A stretch of DNA of 44,754 bases from Candidatus Limnocylindria bacterium. GTDB taxonomy: Bacteria > Chloroflexota > Limnocylindria > QHBO01. Below the pieces are notes generated by a model. It made no database searches and was not told where the DNA came from. It worked only from the letters and a program-made list of their open reading frames with translations. Below are positions 8,711 through 17,728 of this stretch, in pieces; position 1 is the first letter of the stretch; each line of letters opens with the position of its first letter. The stretch lies in assembly GCA_035692365.1 (NCBI GenBank), contig DASSIB010000030.1, forward strand, positions 1 through 44,754. The letters are read 5' to 3'. The position numbers and the translations under genes were made by a program.

Positions 8711-9553
8711 TCAGCGCCCCGTCAGGAAGGCAGCGACCCCCGGCCCGCCGGCCCAGGTGAGGAGCGAGCCGACCAGGAGGAGCCCGACCGCCCCCCAGAT
8801 CAGCCGATTCGCGGCGAGGACTGCGGTCCGCGCATGCCCACGGGCACCGATCTCGCCGGCGGCCTGGAACAGCTCCGGCCCGATCAGGGTGCCATCGCCG
8901 TCGAGCAGTGGCCCGGCCGCCTGCGAGGCGCTCGCCGTCGCGGCGAGGCTCCATTCGGCGTCGCCCAGCACCCCATCCAGCACCAGCAGCCCTTCCTCGC
9001 CAAGCCCCCCGGCCACCACGGCGACCCCGTGCGGCTGCGCCGTGGCGATGGCGAACGCGGCAGCCGCGGCGCGACCCTCCCCCACGTACTCGACCGCCGC
9101 CGAGGAGGCGCGCTCCGGCGTCGCGGTCCGCCGATGCGATCCCGCGAGCGTTCCCTGGGCCAGCATCCCACCCACGGGATCGTTGGTGGTGACCCGCAGA
9201 GGGACCCCGGCCCTGGCCGCAGCGTCGGCGACGCGGCCGAGCAGCGGCAGCGCCGCCAGCGTCTGGAGGCGCTCGGTGGCAGACGCCGCGCGGCTGACGC
9301 CGGCGCTGCCGAGTGAGATGGTGGCGTCCGCTCCAGACTCCGCCGCGAGCGCCATCACCCGACCGACGCGCGCCAGCCCGCCGAGCCCGGAGCCGCTCCA
9401 GCGGGCGCCGGGTCGGGCAACGAGCGAGAGGAGCACGAGCAGCACGACGAGGATCGCCATCGTCGGCGCGGCGCCCAGTCGGGTCTCGGAGGAGCCGATG
9501 GCATCGGTCACAAGGCCGACAAGGTAGGAGGCGAGCTCGCCGAGATTGGGCAT
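8711..9553 (-). CDS. Membrane-anchored protein, unknown function (cluster member 2)
   Basis: 280 aa. TM near the N-terminus (TMAILVVLLVLLSLVA), an Ala/Gly-rich central domain of roughly 200 aa, and a C-terminal TM (LIWGAVGLLLVGSLLTWAG). ATG 9553 directly abuts the upstream TAG (9554-9556). Confidence 0.7.
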   Translation of the reverse strand: MPNLGELASYLVGLVTDAIGSSETRLGAAPTMAILVVLLVLLSLVARPGARWSGSGLGGLARVGRVMALAAESGADATISLGSAGVSRAASATERLQTLAALPLLGRVADAAARAGVPLRVTTNDPVGGMLAQGTLAGSHRRTATPERASSAAVEYVGEGRAAAAAFAIATAQPHGVAVVAGGLGEEGLLVLDGVLGDAEWSLAATASASQAAGPLLDGDGTLIGPELFQAAGEIGARGHARTAVLAANRLIWGAVGLLLVGSLLTWAGGPGVAAFLTGR

Positions 9554-9850
9554 CTAGCGGATACCGTCCTTGCGCCCGCGGGCCAGCGTGCCGGCGATGC
9601 GGTCGTAGAGGGCCGGGTCCTCGAGGGCCCGTCGCACGAGGCCGAAGCGACGCGCACCGAGCAGCGGGCTCAGCAGCGGCCCAAGGAAGATGGCCCCCTG
9701 GCGAAGGAGCGGCACGAGGGGTCGATGGGCGTCCATCAGGATTGCGGCCGGCGCCCCGATCCCGCGGCGTTCGAGCTCATCGACGAGTGCATCGGCCCGC
9801 TTCACGCTGGACCCTCCTGACGAGACACCTGATTCGGTCCGCTCACCCAT
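9554..9850 (-). CDS. Small hypothetical protein (cluster member 1)
   Basis: ORF 9554..9922 trimmed to ATG 9850 (MGERTESGVSS...) so that it does not overlap alr (stop at 9870). 98 aa with one hydrophobic stretch (GAIFLGPLLSPLLGA). The weakest CDS call in the block. Confidence 0.55.
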   Translation of the reverse strand: MGERTESGVSSGGSSVKRADALVDELERRGIGAPAAILMDAHRPLVPLLRQGAIFLGPLLSPLLGARRFGLVRRALEDPALYDRIAGTLARGRKDGIR

Positions 9851-9869
9851 GGTCGCTCGCTCGACGGCC

Positions 9870-11024
9870 TCACCCCTCGTCCGTGGCGACCTCCGGCAGA
9901 TGCACGCGCGGGAGGCGGTCACGAAGGGCGGTCGTCACTTCGTAGTTGATGGTGCGTCGCTGGGCCGCGACCTCATCGGCGCCGATGCGGGACTGCATCT
10001 GCTCGCCGATCAGGACGAACTCGTCGGCGTAGGTTACATCATCAAGATCGCCCAGATCGACGGTGATGCCGTCCATGCTCACCGCGCCGACGACCGGGCG
10101 ACGCTCGCCACGGACCAGCACCCAGCCGTTGTTGGCGTGTGCGCGCGGCCACCCATCCCCGTAGCCGATGCCGAGGGTGGCGATGCGTGTCGAGCGCTCG
10201 GCGCGGAAGCGCAGCCCGTACCCGATCGCCTCCCCCGCAGCCAGGCTGAAGATGCGCAGTGGGATGGCGCGCAGCGAGAGAACCGGCTTCAGTCCCGGGT
10301 CGCGGTCGGCCGCCCAGGCCGGGACCATGCCGTAGAGCGCGAGCCCGGGCCGGATCGCATCGCCGAAGGTGCCAGTGCGCGCCAGGATGCCGCCGCTGGC
10401 GGCGAGGTGCACGAGTCCGGGATCCGCGCCGGCCGAGCGCATCGCATCGAGGGCCTGGGCCAGGCGCAGGACCTGCACGTCGGTGTACGCCTCGTCCTCG
10501 CCGGGGACGGCGAGGTGGCTGAAGGTCCCCGCCAGGCGCAGGTGCGGGCTGCGCACGATGCGCAGCGCCAGCTCGACCGCCACCGCCGGGTCGCTCCCCT
10601 GCCGTCCCAGCCCCGAATCGATCTTGAGCTGGACCGATGCCCGGCGCCCAAGCGCGGCGGCGGCGGCTTCCAGCAGCTCGATCCCCGCCTCGTCGTAGAC
10701 GACCGGCTCCAGGTCGGCGGCGACCGCCCGCTCCGCCTCCGGAGCCCCCAGCGCCCAGAGGATGAGCAGCGGCGCGGTGATGCCCGCGTCCCGCAGCTCG
10801 AGCGCCTCCCCCAGCGTCGCCACCGCGAGGCGCTCGACGCCGTGCGCGAGCAGGGTGCGCGACACCTCGATCGCGCCATGTCCATAGGCGTTCGCCTTGA
10901 CGACGCCGATGACGCTGCGCCCCTCGCCGGAGAGCCGACGCACCACCGCCAGGTTGTGCACCAGCGCGCCGTGGTCGATCTCGACCCAGGCGCGGTGCGG
11001 GCTTCGACCACCGGAGAGGCTCAT
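9870..11024 (-). CDS. alr: Alanine racemase
   Basis: ORF trimmed to ATG 11024 (MSLSGGRSPHRAWVEIDHGAL), which forms ATGA with the nnrD stop. Contains the VVKANAYGHG PLP-lysine motif. Confidence 0.93.
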   Translation of the reverse strand: MSLSGGRSPHRAWVEIDHGALVHNLAVVRRLSGEGRSVIGVVKANAYGHGAIEVSRTLLAHGVERLAVATLGEALELRDAGITAPLLILWALGAPEAERAVAADLEPVVYDEAGIELLEAAAAALGRRASVQLKIDSGLGRQGSDPAVAVELALRIVRSPHLRLAGTFSHLAVPGEDEAYTDVQVLRLAQALDAMRSAGADPGLVHLAASGGILARTGTFGDAIRPGLALYGMVPAWAADRDPGLKPVLSLRAIPLRIFSLAAGEAIGYGLRFRAERSTRIATLGIGYGDGWPRAHANNGWVLVRGERRPVVGAVSMDGITVDLGDLDDVTYADEFVLIGEQMQSRIGADEVAAQRRTINYEVTTALRDRLPRVHLPEVATDEG

Positions 11025-11923
11025 TCGCGCTTCCCGCGGCTCAGCTGCTCGATCGCCGCCGGAAGCAGGTTGGCGATGTCGCGCGCCACCACCCCGGCGT
11101 GGCCGATTCGTTCCTCCGCCAGGAGACCGGCGGCACCGTGCACGGCGACCCCGCACCCGGCCGCGTCGAACGGGTCAAGCCCCGCCGCCAGGAACGCGCC
11201 GATGGCGCCGGCCAGCACGTCGCCGCTCCCCGCGGTGGCGAGTGCCGGCGTGGCGATGTCGGATCGAAGCAGGTCGCCGGTTGGAGCCGCGATCACCGTG
11301 TGCGCTCCCTTCAACACCAGGACCTGGCCCCAGCGCGCCGCCGCATCACGGGCCGCGTCCGCGCGCTGGTCGTCGTCATCGGCCACCGATGTGCCCGGCG
11401 GCATCCCCTTCAGCCTCGCGAACTCGCCGGCGTGCGGGGTGAAGACCAGGGGGGCGCGGACCGATTGCCACCAGCGCTGCCCCTCGGCCAGCGCCGTCAG
11501 CCCATCGGCATCGACCACGGCCGGGTGGCTCAGCTCACCGATGAAGTTGCGCGCGCGGCGCAGCGTGGTGGGATGCCGCCCGAGGCCGGGACCGATGACG
11601 AACGCCTGGTATCCGGCCGCCTCCGTCGCAAGCTGGCGCCAGCCGGCGGGAGCCGTCAGGCCAGGCGCCTCCTCGGCCAGCAGCATCGAGGTCAGCTCAG
11701 GGACGAGTCCCATCAACCGCATGCCGACCGTCTCGGGCGTGGCCAGGCAGGCGAGGCCGACCCCGGCGCGAATCGCGCCGAGCCCGGTCAGCAGCGCCGC
11801 GCCGCCGTACTCCAGCGAGCCGGCCACGATGAGGAGCCGCCCGAAGGTCCCCTTGTGAGCCCTCGCCGGCCGCTCGGGGAGGCGGCTGGCGACCCAGTCC
11901 TGGGTGAGGGCGACCACCGCCAT
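11021..11923 (-). CDS. nnrD: ADP-dependent NAD(P)H-hydrate dehydratase (YjeF C-terminal domain only)
   Basis: HKGTFGRLLIVAGS, GPGLG and GSGDVLAG motifs of the carbohydrate-kinase-like Nnr dehydratase domain. No epimerase domain is present. Confidence 0.85.
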   Translation of the reverse strand: MAVVALTQDWVASRLPERPARAHKGTFGRLLIVAGSLEYGGAALLTGLGAIRAGVGLACLATPETVGMRLMGLVPELTSMLLAEEAPGLTAPAGWRQLATEAAGYQAFVIGPGLGRHPTTLRRARNFIGELSHPAVVDADGLTALAEGQRWWQSVRAPLVFTPHAGEFARLKGMPPGTSVADDDDQRADAARDAAARWGQVLVLKGAHTVIAAPTGDLLRSDIATPALATAGSGDVLAGAIGAFLAAGLDPFDAAGCGVAVHGAAGLLAEERIGHAGVVARDIANLLPAAIEQLSRGKRE

Positions 11924-11926
11924 CGG

Positions 11927-12307
11927 CTAGGCCTCGGGAGCGCGATGGGCTACCGCCACCGCCACGGCCATGTGCCGCTCGTGCGAGATGGTCACGCTCA
12001 CGTCCTCGAGCCCGAGGGCCGCCGCGCGAGCCGCCGCGCGCGCGTGGAGGCGCACCTGTGGCGCGCCGGCAAAGTTGGGAAGGATCTCGATCTCCCGCCA
12101 GCCCACCCCGCGGACCCCCAGCCCGAGGACCTTGCTGATCGCCTCCTTGGCGGCCCACCGACCGGCGATCCGCTCCACCTTGGCGCCACAGTACCGCGCC
12201 TCTCCCTCGGTGAGGACCCGCTCGCGGAATCGATCGGGGAAGCGGGCCAGGGTCGCGGTGATGCGGTCGATGTCGATCAGGTCGACGCCGATCTCGTGGC
12301 GGCTCAT
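11927..12307 (-). CDS. acpS: Holo-[acyl-carrier-protein] synthase
   Basis: ORF 11927..12526 trimmed to ATG 12307 (MSRHEIGVDLIDIDRI...). Contains the RWAAKEAISK motif and has the typical length of 126 aa. Confidence 0.88.
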   Translation of the reverse strand: MSRHEIGVDLIDIDRITATLARFPDRFRERVLTEGEARYCGAKVERIAGRWAAKEAISKVLGLGVRGVGWREIEILPNFAGAPQVRLHARAAARAAALGLEDVSVTISHERHMAVAVAVAHRAPEA

Positions 12308-12326
12308 CGAGGCGGCGTGATCGGGG

Positions 12327-14156
12327 CTATTCGACGGTGACCGACTTCGCCAGGTTGCGCGGCTGGTCGACGTCCGTGCCGCGGGCCACCGCAACCTCGT
12401 AGGCGAGCAGTTGGAGCGGCACGATCGCGATGACCGGAGCCATCTCCTCGGGGGTCTCGGGAACGTACAGCACGTCCTGCGCGTATCGGTCGATCGTCTC
12501 GTCGCCGATCGTCGCGACCGCCACAACGGGGGCCTGGCGGGCGTGCACCTCGGCGACGTTGCTGACCACCTTGTCGTAGGTGGCGCTCCTCGTCGCGATC
12601 GCCACCAGCGGGGTGTGCGGATCGAGCAGCGCGATCGGCCCGTGCTTCAGCTCGCCGGCGGCATATCCCTCGGCATGGACGTAGCTGAGCTCCTTGAGCT
12701 TCAGCGCCCCCTCCATCGCCACCGGGAATCCGAGCGCCCGGCCGACGAACATGACGTCCCGCACCGCGCCCCAGCGCCGGGCCAGCCTCTTCACCTGCGG
12801 GGCGAGCTTCAGCACCTCGGCCGCCTGTCCCGGCAGGTCGCGCAGCGCGAGCCCGAACGACCGGCGACGCCGTTCGCTGAGCGTGCCGCGCAGGCCGGCC
12901 AGGTAGAGGGCAATCATCTCGAGCACGACCACCTGGGTCACGAAGGCCTTGGTCGAGGCCACCGCCACCTCGGGACCGGCCTGCAGGTAGCAGACCGCGT
13001 CCGCCTCCCGGGTGAGGGCGCTCCCCACGACGTTCGTGACGACCACGATCACCGCGCCCCGCTCCGTGGCGAGCTTCTGAGGCGCCAGCGTATCGGCGGT
13101 CTCGCCGGACTGGCTGACGCTGATCACGAGCGTCTTGGAGTCGATCGGCGGCGGTGAGTAGCGCATCTCCGAGCCGATCTGTCCGCTCGCCGGAAGGCCG
13201 GCCCAGCTCTGGATCAGGTGCGCGCCGACCTCTCCGGCGTAGCGCGCCGTGCCGCAGCCGACCACGTACACGCGCTCGACTCCGCGCAGCTTCTCGACGA
13301 TCGCGTCGAGCTCGGGGAGGTGCAGGTTGCCGGCCTCGTCGACGCGGCCGCGGAGCGCCTCGCCGATGGCGTGGGGCTGCTCGTAGATCTCCTTCAGGGT
13401 GAAGTGCGGGAAGCCGTCCTTCTCCGCCGCGGCGATGTTCCAGCGGATCTTGGTGACCGGACGATCGACGCGCACGCCGTCCATGCCGATGATGGTGACG
13501 CCGTGGGACGTCACGTCGGCGATGTCGCCCTCCTGCAGGATGACGACGTTCTTGGTGTGCTCCAGGATGGCCGGCACGTCGCTGGCCAGGAATCCCTCGC
13601 CGTCCCCCAGCCCGACGATCAGCGGCACGTTCATGCGCGCCCCCACGATCCGGTCGGGATGGTCCAGGTGCATCACCCCGATGGCGTAGGCGCCCCGCAC
13701 CTGGTTGAGGGCGTCACGGACCGCCTCCACCAGGTCGCCGGTGTAGCGCTCTTCGATGAGGTGCGCCAGGACCTCGGTATCGGTCTCAGACGTGAACCGA
13801 TGCCCGGCCTCCACCAGTCGCGCCTTGATCTCCGCGTAGTTCTCGATGATCCCGTTGTGGATCAGGGCCAGCCGACCGCTGCAGTCACGGTGCGGATGCG
13901 CGTTCGCGTCGTTCGGACGACCGTGGGTCGCCCAGCGGGTGTGGGCGATGCCGGGGTGCCCGGCCGGGGCACCGCCGTTGAGGTGCTCGGTCAGGTTCGA
14001 GAGCTTGCCCGCCTTCTTCTCGACGAACACCTCTCCGTCCTCGGTGAGCACGGCCAGCCCCGCCGAGTCGTAGCCACGGTACTCGAGGCGGCGGAGCCCC
14101 TCCAGCAGGATCGGCGCCGCGTCACGCGGGCCAACGTACCCCACGATGCCGCACAT
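12327..14156 (-). CDS. glmS: Glutamine--fructose-6-phosphate aminotransferase (isomerizing)
   Basis: 609 aa. MCGIVGYVG N-terminal Cys nucleophile, SIS domains, and C-terminal LAKSVTVE. Confidence 0.97.
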   Translation of the reverse strand: MCGIVGYVGPRDAAPILLEGLRRLEYRGYDSAGLAVLTEDGEVFVEKKAGKLSNLTEHLNGGAPAGHPGIAHTRWATHGRPNDANAHPHRDCSGRLALIHNGIIENYAEIKARLVEAGHRFTSETDTEVLAHLIEERYTGDLVEAVRDALNQVRGAYAIGVMHLDHPDRIVGARMNVPLIVGLGDGEGFLASDVPAILEHTKNVVILQEGDIADVTSHGVTIIGMDGVRVDRPVTKIRWNIAAAEKDGFPHFTLKEIYEQPHAIGEALRGRVDEAGNLHLPELDAIVEKLRGVERVYVVGCGTARYAGEVGAHLIQSWAGLPASGQIGSEMRYSPPPIDSKTLVISVSQSGETADTLAPQKLATERGAVIVVVTNVVGSALTREADAVCYLQAGPEVAVASTKAFVTQVVVLEMIALYLAGLRGTLSERRRRSFGLALRDLPGQAAEVLKLAPQVKRLARRWGAVRDVMFVGRALGFPVAMEGALKLKELSYVHAEGYAAGELKHGPIALLDPHTPLVAIATRSATYDKVVSNVAEVHARQAPVVAVATIGDETIDRYAQDVLYVPETPEEMAPVIAIVPLQLLAYEVAVARGTDVDQPRNLAKSVTVE

Positions 14157-14171
14157 GGCTCGAGCTGGCTC

Positions 14172-15500
14172 CTAGTTCAGTCGCGCACGGGCGAGCTCGG
14201 ACAGCTCCCGTGCAATCTGGTTGATCTCGTCAGCGTCTTCGCCCTCGACCATGATCCGGATCTTCGGCTCCGTCCCGGAGGGCCGCACCAGGATCCGTCC
14301 ACGCGCGCCAAGACGGGCGTCGGCCTCTGCCACCGCGACTGCGAACTCCGGATCGACCTCCCACTGGTCCCGGTGGCGGACGGCCGAGTTTATCATCACC
14401 TGGGGGAGGAGCCGGATCTGGGAGGCTCCCTCGGCGAGGGTGGCACCGGTGTCTCGCAGCGCCCTGAGCAGCAGGATGCCGGTCAGGATCCCGTCACCGG
14501 CATTCGCGACGTCGCGGAAGATGACGTGCCCCGACTGCTCGCCGCCGAGGGCTGCATCCGCCCGCTCCATCGCCTCGAAGACGTGGCGATCACCGACCGG
14601 CGTCCTGATGACGCGACCCCCTGCCGCGACGATCGCGCGATCCAGCCCGCCGTTGCTCATCACCGTCGTGACCAGGATCCGGTTGCGCAGGGTCCCGTCG
14701 GCGAGGCGCGCCAGGGCGCAGATCCCCATCACACCGTCGCCGTCCACGATCGAGCCGCGTTCGTCGACCGCGATCAGGCGGTCGGCGTCACCGTCGAATG
14801 CCATCCCCATCTCGAGCCCCCCGGCCAGGACCGCGGCGGCCAGCGCCTGCGGCTGGGTCGATCCCGAATCGAGGTTGATGTTCGTCCCGTCGGGGGAACC
14901 CGAGAGCACCGTGACCTCCGCCCCGAGCTCGCGCAGCAGCTCTGGCGCGATCGCCGAGGCGGACCCATTCGCGCAGTCGATGCCGATGCGCCTCCCCCGC
15001 AAAAGATCGCCGGCCTCCACGAGCAGCATGGCTCGGTAGGCCTCGATCGGCCCTGTCTCGCGGGTGATCCGTCCCAGGTGCCCGTTCGGCATGCCGGGGA
15101 GGGATTCCGCCTGGAAGATGAGGCGCTCGAGCTCCTCCTCGACCTCGTCGTCGATCTTGCGACCGCCGGAGAGCACCTTCAGGCCGTTGTCGTCGGCCGG
15201 GTTGTGGGAGGCCGAGACCATGATCCCCGCGGCGAACTCACCGCTTGCCGCGGCATGCGCGAGGCATGGGGTGGTTACCACGCCGAGCTGGATCGCATCG
15301 GCTCCGACCGACGCGAGGCCAGCGGAGACGGCGGCGACGAGCATGTCGCCGGAGCGGCGGGTGTCCTGGCCGATCACGACCCGCTGCCCGGACGCCTCGA
15401 GCAGGTGCCCGACGGCGCGCCCCAGGTCGTAGGCGAGGGTCGGGGTCAGGTCGACATTGGCGACGCCGCGGATGCCGTCCGTCCCGAAGAGGCGACCCAT
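14172..15500 (-). CDS. glmM: Phosphoglucosamine mutase
   Basis: ORF 14172..15755 trimmed to ATG 15500 (MGRLFGTDGIRGVAN). Contains the SASHNPADDNGLK phosphoserine loop. The start overlaps the cdaR TGA by 1 nt. Confidence 0.95.
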   Translation of the reverse strand: MGRLFGTDGIRGVANVDLTPTLAYDLGRAVGHLLEASGQRVVIGQDTRRSGDMLVAAVSAGLASVGADAIQLGVVTTPCLAHAAASGEFAAGIMVSASHNPADDNGLKVLSGGRKIDDEVEEELERLIFQAESLPGMPNGHLGRITRETGPIEAYRAMLLVEAGDLLRGRRIGIDCANGSASAIAPELLRELGAEVTVLSGSPDGTNINLDSGSTQPQALAAAVLAGGLEMGMAFDGDADRLIAVDERGSIVDGDGVMGICALARLADGTLRNRILVTTVMSNGGLDRAIVAAGGRVIRTPVGDRHVFEAMERADAALGGEQSGHVIFRDVANAGDGILTGILLLRALRDTGATLAEGASQIRLLPQVMINSAVRHRDQWEVDPEFAVAVAEADARLGARGRILVRPSGTEPKIRIMVEGEDADEINQIARELSELARARLN

Positions 15501-16723
15501 CAGGGCGCCGGCGTGGCCGGCGGGACGATCGTTACCGTGACCGAGATCGGCGACACCGAGAGCAGGTTCACCCCGTCGGGCAGCGCGATGCTCGGCTGGA
15601 CGAGGTGGTCTCCGGGGCCGAGCCCGGCCACGTCGAGGACGGCGGTCAGGTCGCCGACATCGAGCGCGTCCAGGTCGGAGACGGTGCCGCTGACGATGGC
15701 TGCCACCTGCGCGGTCGCTGGCAGGCAGGCGCTCCCGGACGGTGCCCCGCTGCACACGAGCCCGAGCAGCAGCGTCCGCGTGCCGATGACCTCGCGGATC
15801 TGAACGGTGATCGTCGGCGCAGCCGCCGCCGGGTCGGCCAGCCGCGCTCCCTCGGGAAGGACCAGCGTGCCGGTCGCGCGCAGGGTTGAGCTCGTGCCCG
15901 CCAGGCTGATCGGCTCGGTCAGCACCTCGCCGATGACCGCCAGCACCTCGGGAGCTCCGCGCAGAGTCACGACCGAAGGATCGGCGGTCACCGTGCCGAC
16001 CTCGAAGCCGGCGGCCGGCGCCCCGGTCAGCAGCGGACGGATCGCCACCGTGCGGCTCGTCTCGACGGTGCTGACCTCGATCTCGACCCGCACCGTGGAC
16101 GGGTTCAGCTCCACCGATTCCACCCGACGCCCGTTGATATCGACCGGGACGAGGTCGACCTGGCCGCAGCAGTCGATCCCCGATGGGTCGATGCGGACGG
16201 TGCCAAGCGCTCGGTCGACGCGATCGAGGAGGCTCTGCGGGCCGCTGGCGCTGACCCGCTGGGCGCTGAGCCGGGGGGTACCGATCTCCAGGCCCGCCGG
16301 CACGTCACCCGAGTCGACGGAGACCCGGATCTGGACCTCGTCGAGACGGTCGATCGCCACCGGGACCGCGCTCCGCGTGGAGGAGAGCACTTCGATGCCG
16401 TCGTCCAGCGCCCTGACGTGGATCTCGAGCGACTGGGCCTGTGGGGCCAGGGACATGTCGTAGGTCGCAAGGTCGATGGTGACCGCGAAGGAGTCTGCGG
16501 TGACGGTCGTCCCCGGATCGGTGGCGCTGCGGTACTTGATGTCGACCGAGCCGAGCTGCTGGGTCAGCAGGTAGGTGCCCTCCGGCTGTGCAAGTGCCGT
16601 CACTGGAACTCCGGGGAACGTCTTGTCGCTGAAGGAGCCAGAGAAGACGAGGCCGGTGTAGAGCACCGTAGCCAGGGCGACCGCACCCAGCTTCAGCGCC
16701 CAGTTGCGGAAGAGCCAGGCCAT
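15500..16723 (-). CDS. cdaR: CdaA regulatory protein CdaR (YbbR-domain repeats)
   Basis: 407 aa with an N-terminal TM (LKLGAVALATVLYTGLVF) followed by repetitive beta-rich YbbR-like modules. Lies between cdaA and glmM, as in Firmicutes. Confidence 0.8.
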   Translation of the reverse strand: MAWLFRNWALKLGAVALATVLYTGLVFSGSFSDKTFPGVPVTALAQPEGTYLLTQQLGSVDIKYRSATDPGTTVTADSFAVTIDLATYDMSLAPQAQSLEIHVRALDDGIEVLSSTRSAVPVAIDRLDEVQIRVSVDSGDVPAGLEIGTPRLSAQRVSASGPQSLLDRVDRALGTVRIDPSGIDCCGQVDLVPVDINGRRVESVELNPSTVRVEIEVSTVETSRTVAIRPLLTGAPAAGFEVGTVTADPSVVTLRGAPEVLAVIGEVLTEPISLAGTSSTLRATGTLVLPEGARLADPAAAAPTITVQIREVIGTRTLLLGLVCSGAPSGSACLPATAQVAAIVSGTVSDLDALDVGDLTAVLDVAGLGPGDHLVQPSIALPDGVNLLSVSPISVTVTIVPPATPAP

Positions 16724-17728
16724 CTAGGCGCGCTTCGAGGCGGGAGCAGCCGCGGCCGGTTCCGGCGGCTCCGCCGCGCCGCCGGCGACCATCGCCTTCT
16801 CGTCGCTCGCCACCTTGACGACCCGTGCGTCCGGATCGATCGGCGGCTCCGCCTCCGGCTTGTCGACTCCCCAACGCCCCTCCAGGGAGCGGCGCAGGAG
16901 CGGCGCCTGGCGGCGTGGAGCCTGTGGCCGGATGAGATTGAGGATCCGCCTCCGGAGCTGCTCCTCGGTCAGGTTGCGTTCGATCCGGCCGCGCATCACC
17001 AGCGAGATCGAGCCGGTCTCCTCGGAGACGACCACCACGATCGCGTCCGACTGCTCGCTGATCCCGATGGCTGCCCGATGCCGGGTTCCGTAACGCTCCG
17101 AATCGAGGACGTTCTGCGACAGCGGGAGCAGCACGCCGGCCGCCAGGATCCGATCGCCGGAGATGATCACCGCGCCATCGTGGAGCGCGGTCCCGTGGTA
17201 GAAGAGGGTCGCCAGCAGCTCGGCGCGCAGGTCGGCATGCAGGAGCACCCCGGACTCGGCGGCGAGGTCGGCGAGGCCCGTCTCGCGCTCCAGCACGATC
17301 AGCGCCCCGTGCCGCGAGCCGGCCAGCAGGCGCGCCGCGCGGCTGATCTCGCGGGCCACGCGCTCCGCCTCGGAGTTGTCGCTGCTCACGAAGAAGCGGT
17401 TAAACGAGCCGAAGCGCCCGATCTGCTCGAGGGCACGCCGCAGCTCGGGCTGGAAGACGACCACGATCGCGAAGAGACCGACCACGGCGCCGGTCTGCAG
17501 CAGCCTGGAGAGGAGCTGCAGATCTGCGGCCTCGGCGACGAGGTAGACCAGGTAGAGGATCGAGAGGCCGATGACGATGCGCACCGCTCGGGTGCCGCGG
17601 ATCAGGATGAAGACCCAGTAGATGACGATCGCAACCAGCAGGATGTCGATAACCGACGTCCAGCTGCCGCGCAGATAGAGCCCGAGGAAGTCAGCGATGG
17701 CGTCGAACAAGGGACCCGATGATACCAA
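16724..17728 (-). CDS. cdaA: Diadenylate cyclase CdaA (c-di-AMP synthase) with a C-terminal extension
   Basis: Three N-terminal TM helices. DAC domain with FQPELRRALEQIG, HDGAVII and GTRHRAAIGISE motifs. The only in-frame start near the N-terminus is TTG 17728. The C-terminal part, roughly 70 aa, is Pro/Ala/Glu-rich. Confidence 0.9.
   Translation of the reverse strand: MVSSGPLFDAIADFLGLYLRGSWTSVIDILLVAIVIYWVFILIRGTRAVRIVIGLSILYLVYLVAEAADLQLLSRLLQTGAVVGLFAIVVVFQPELRRALEQIGRFGSFNRFFVSSDNSEAERVAREISRAARLLAGSRHGALIVLERETGLADLAAESGVLLHADLRAELLATLFYHGTALHDGAVIISGDRILAAGVLLPLSQNVLDSERYGTRHRAAIGISEQSDAIVVVVSEETGSISLVMRGRIERNLTEEQLRRRILNLIRPQAPRRQAPLLRRSLEGRWGVDKPEAEPPIDPDARVVKVASDEKAMVAGGAAEPPEPAAAAPASKRA

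Noticed and set aside
14157-14171. Looked for a glmS ribozyme upstream of glmS
   Set aside because: Only 15 nt separate the glmM stop from the glmS start (GGAG plus spacer). There is no room for the ribozyme, which needs roughly 170 nt or more.
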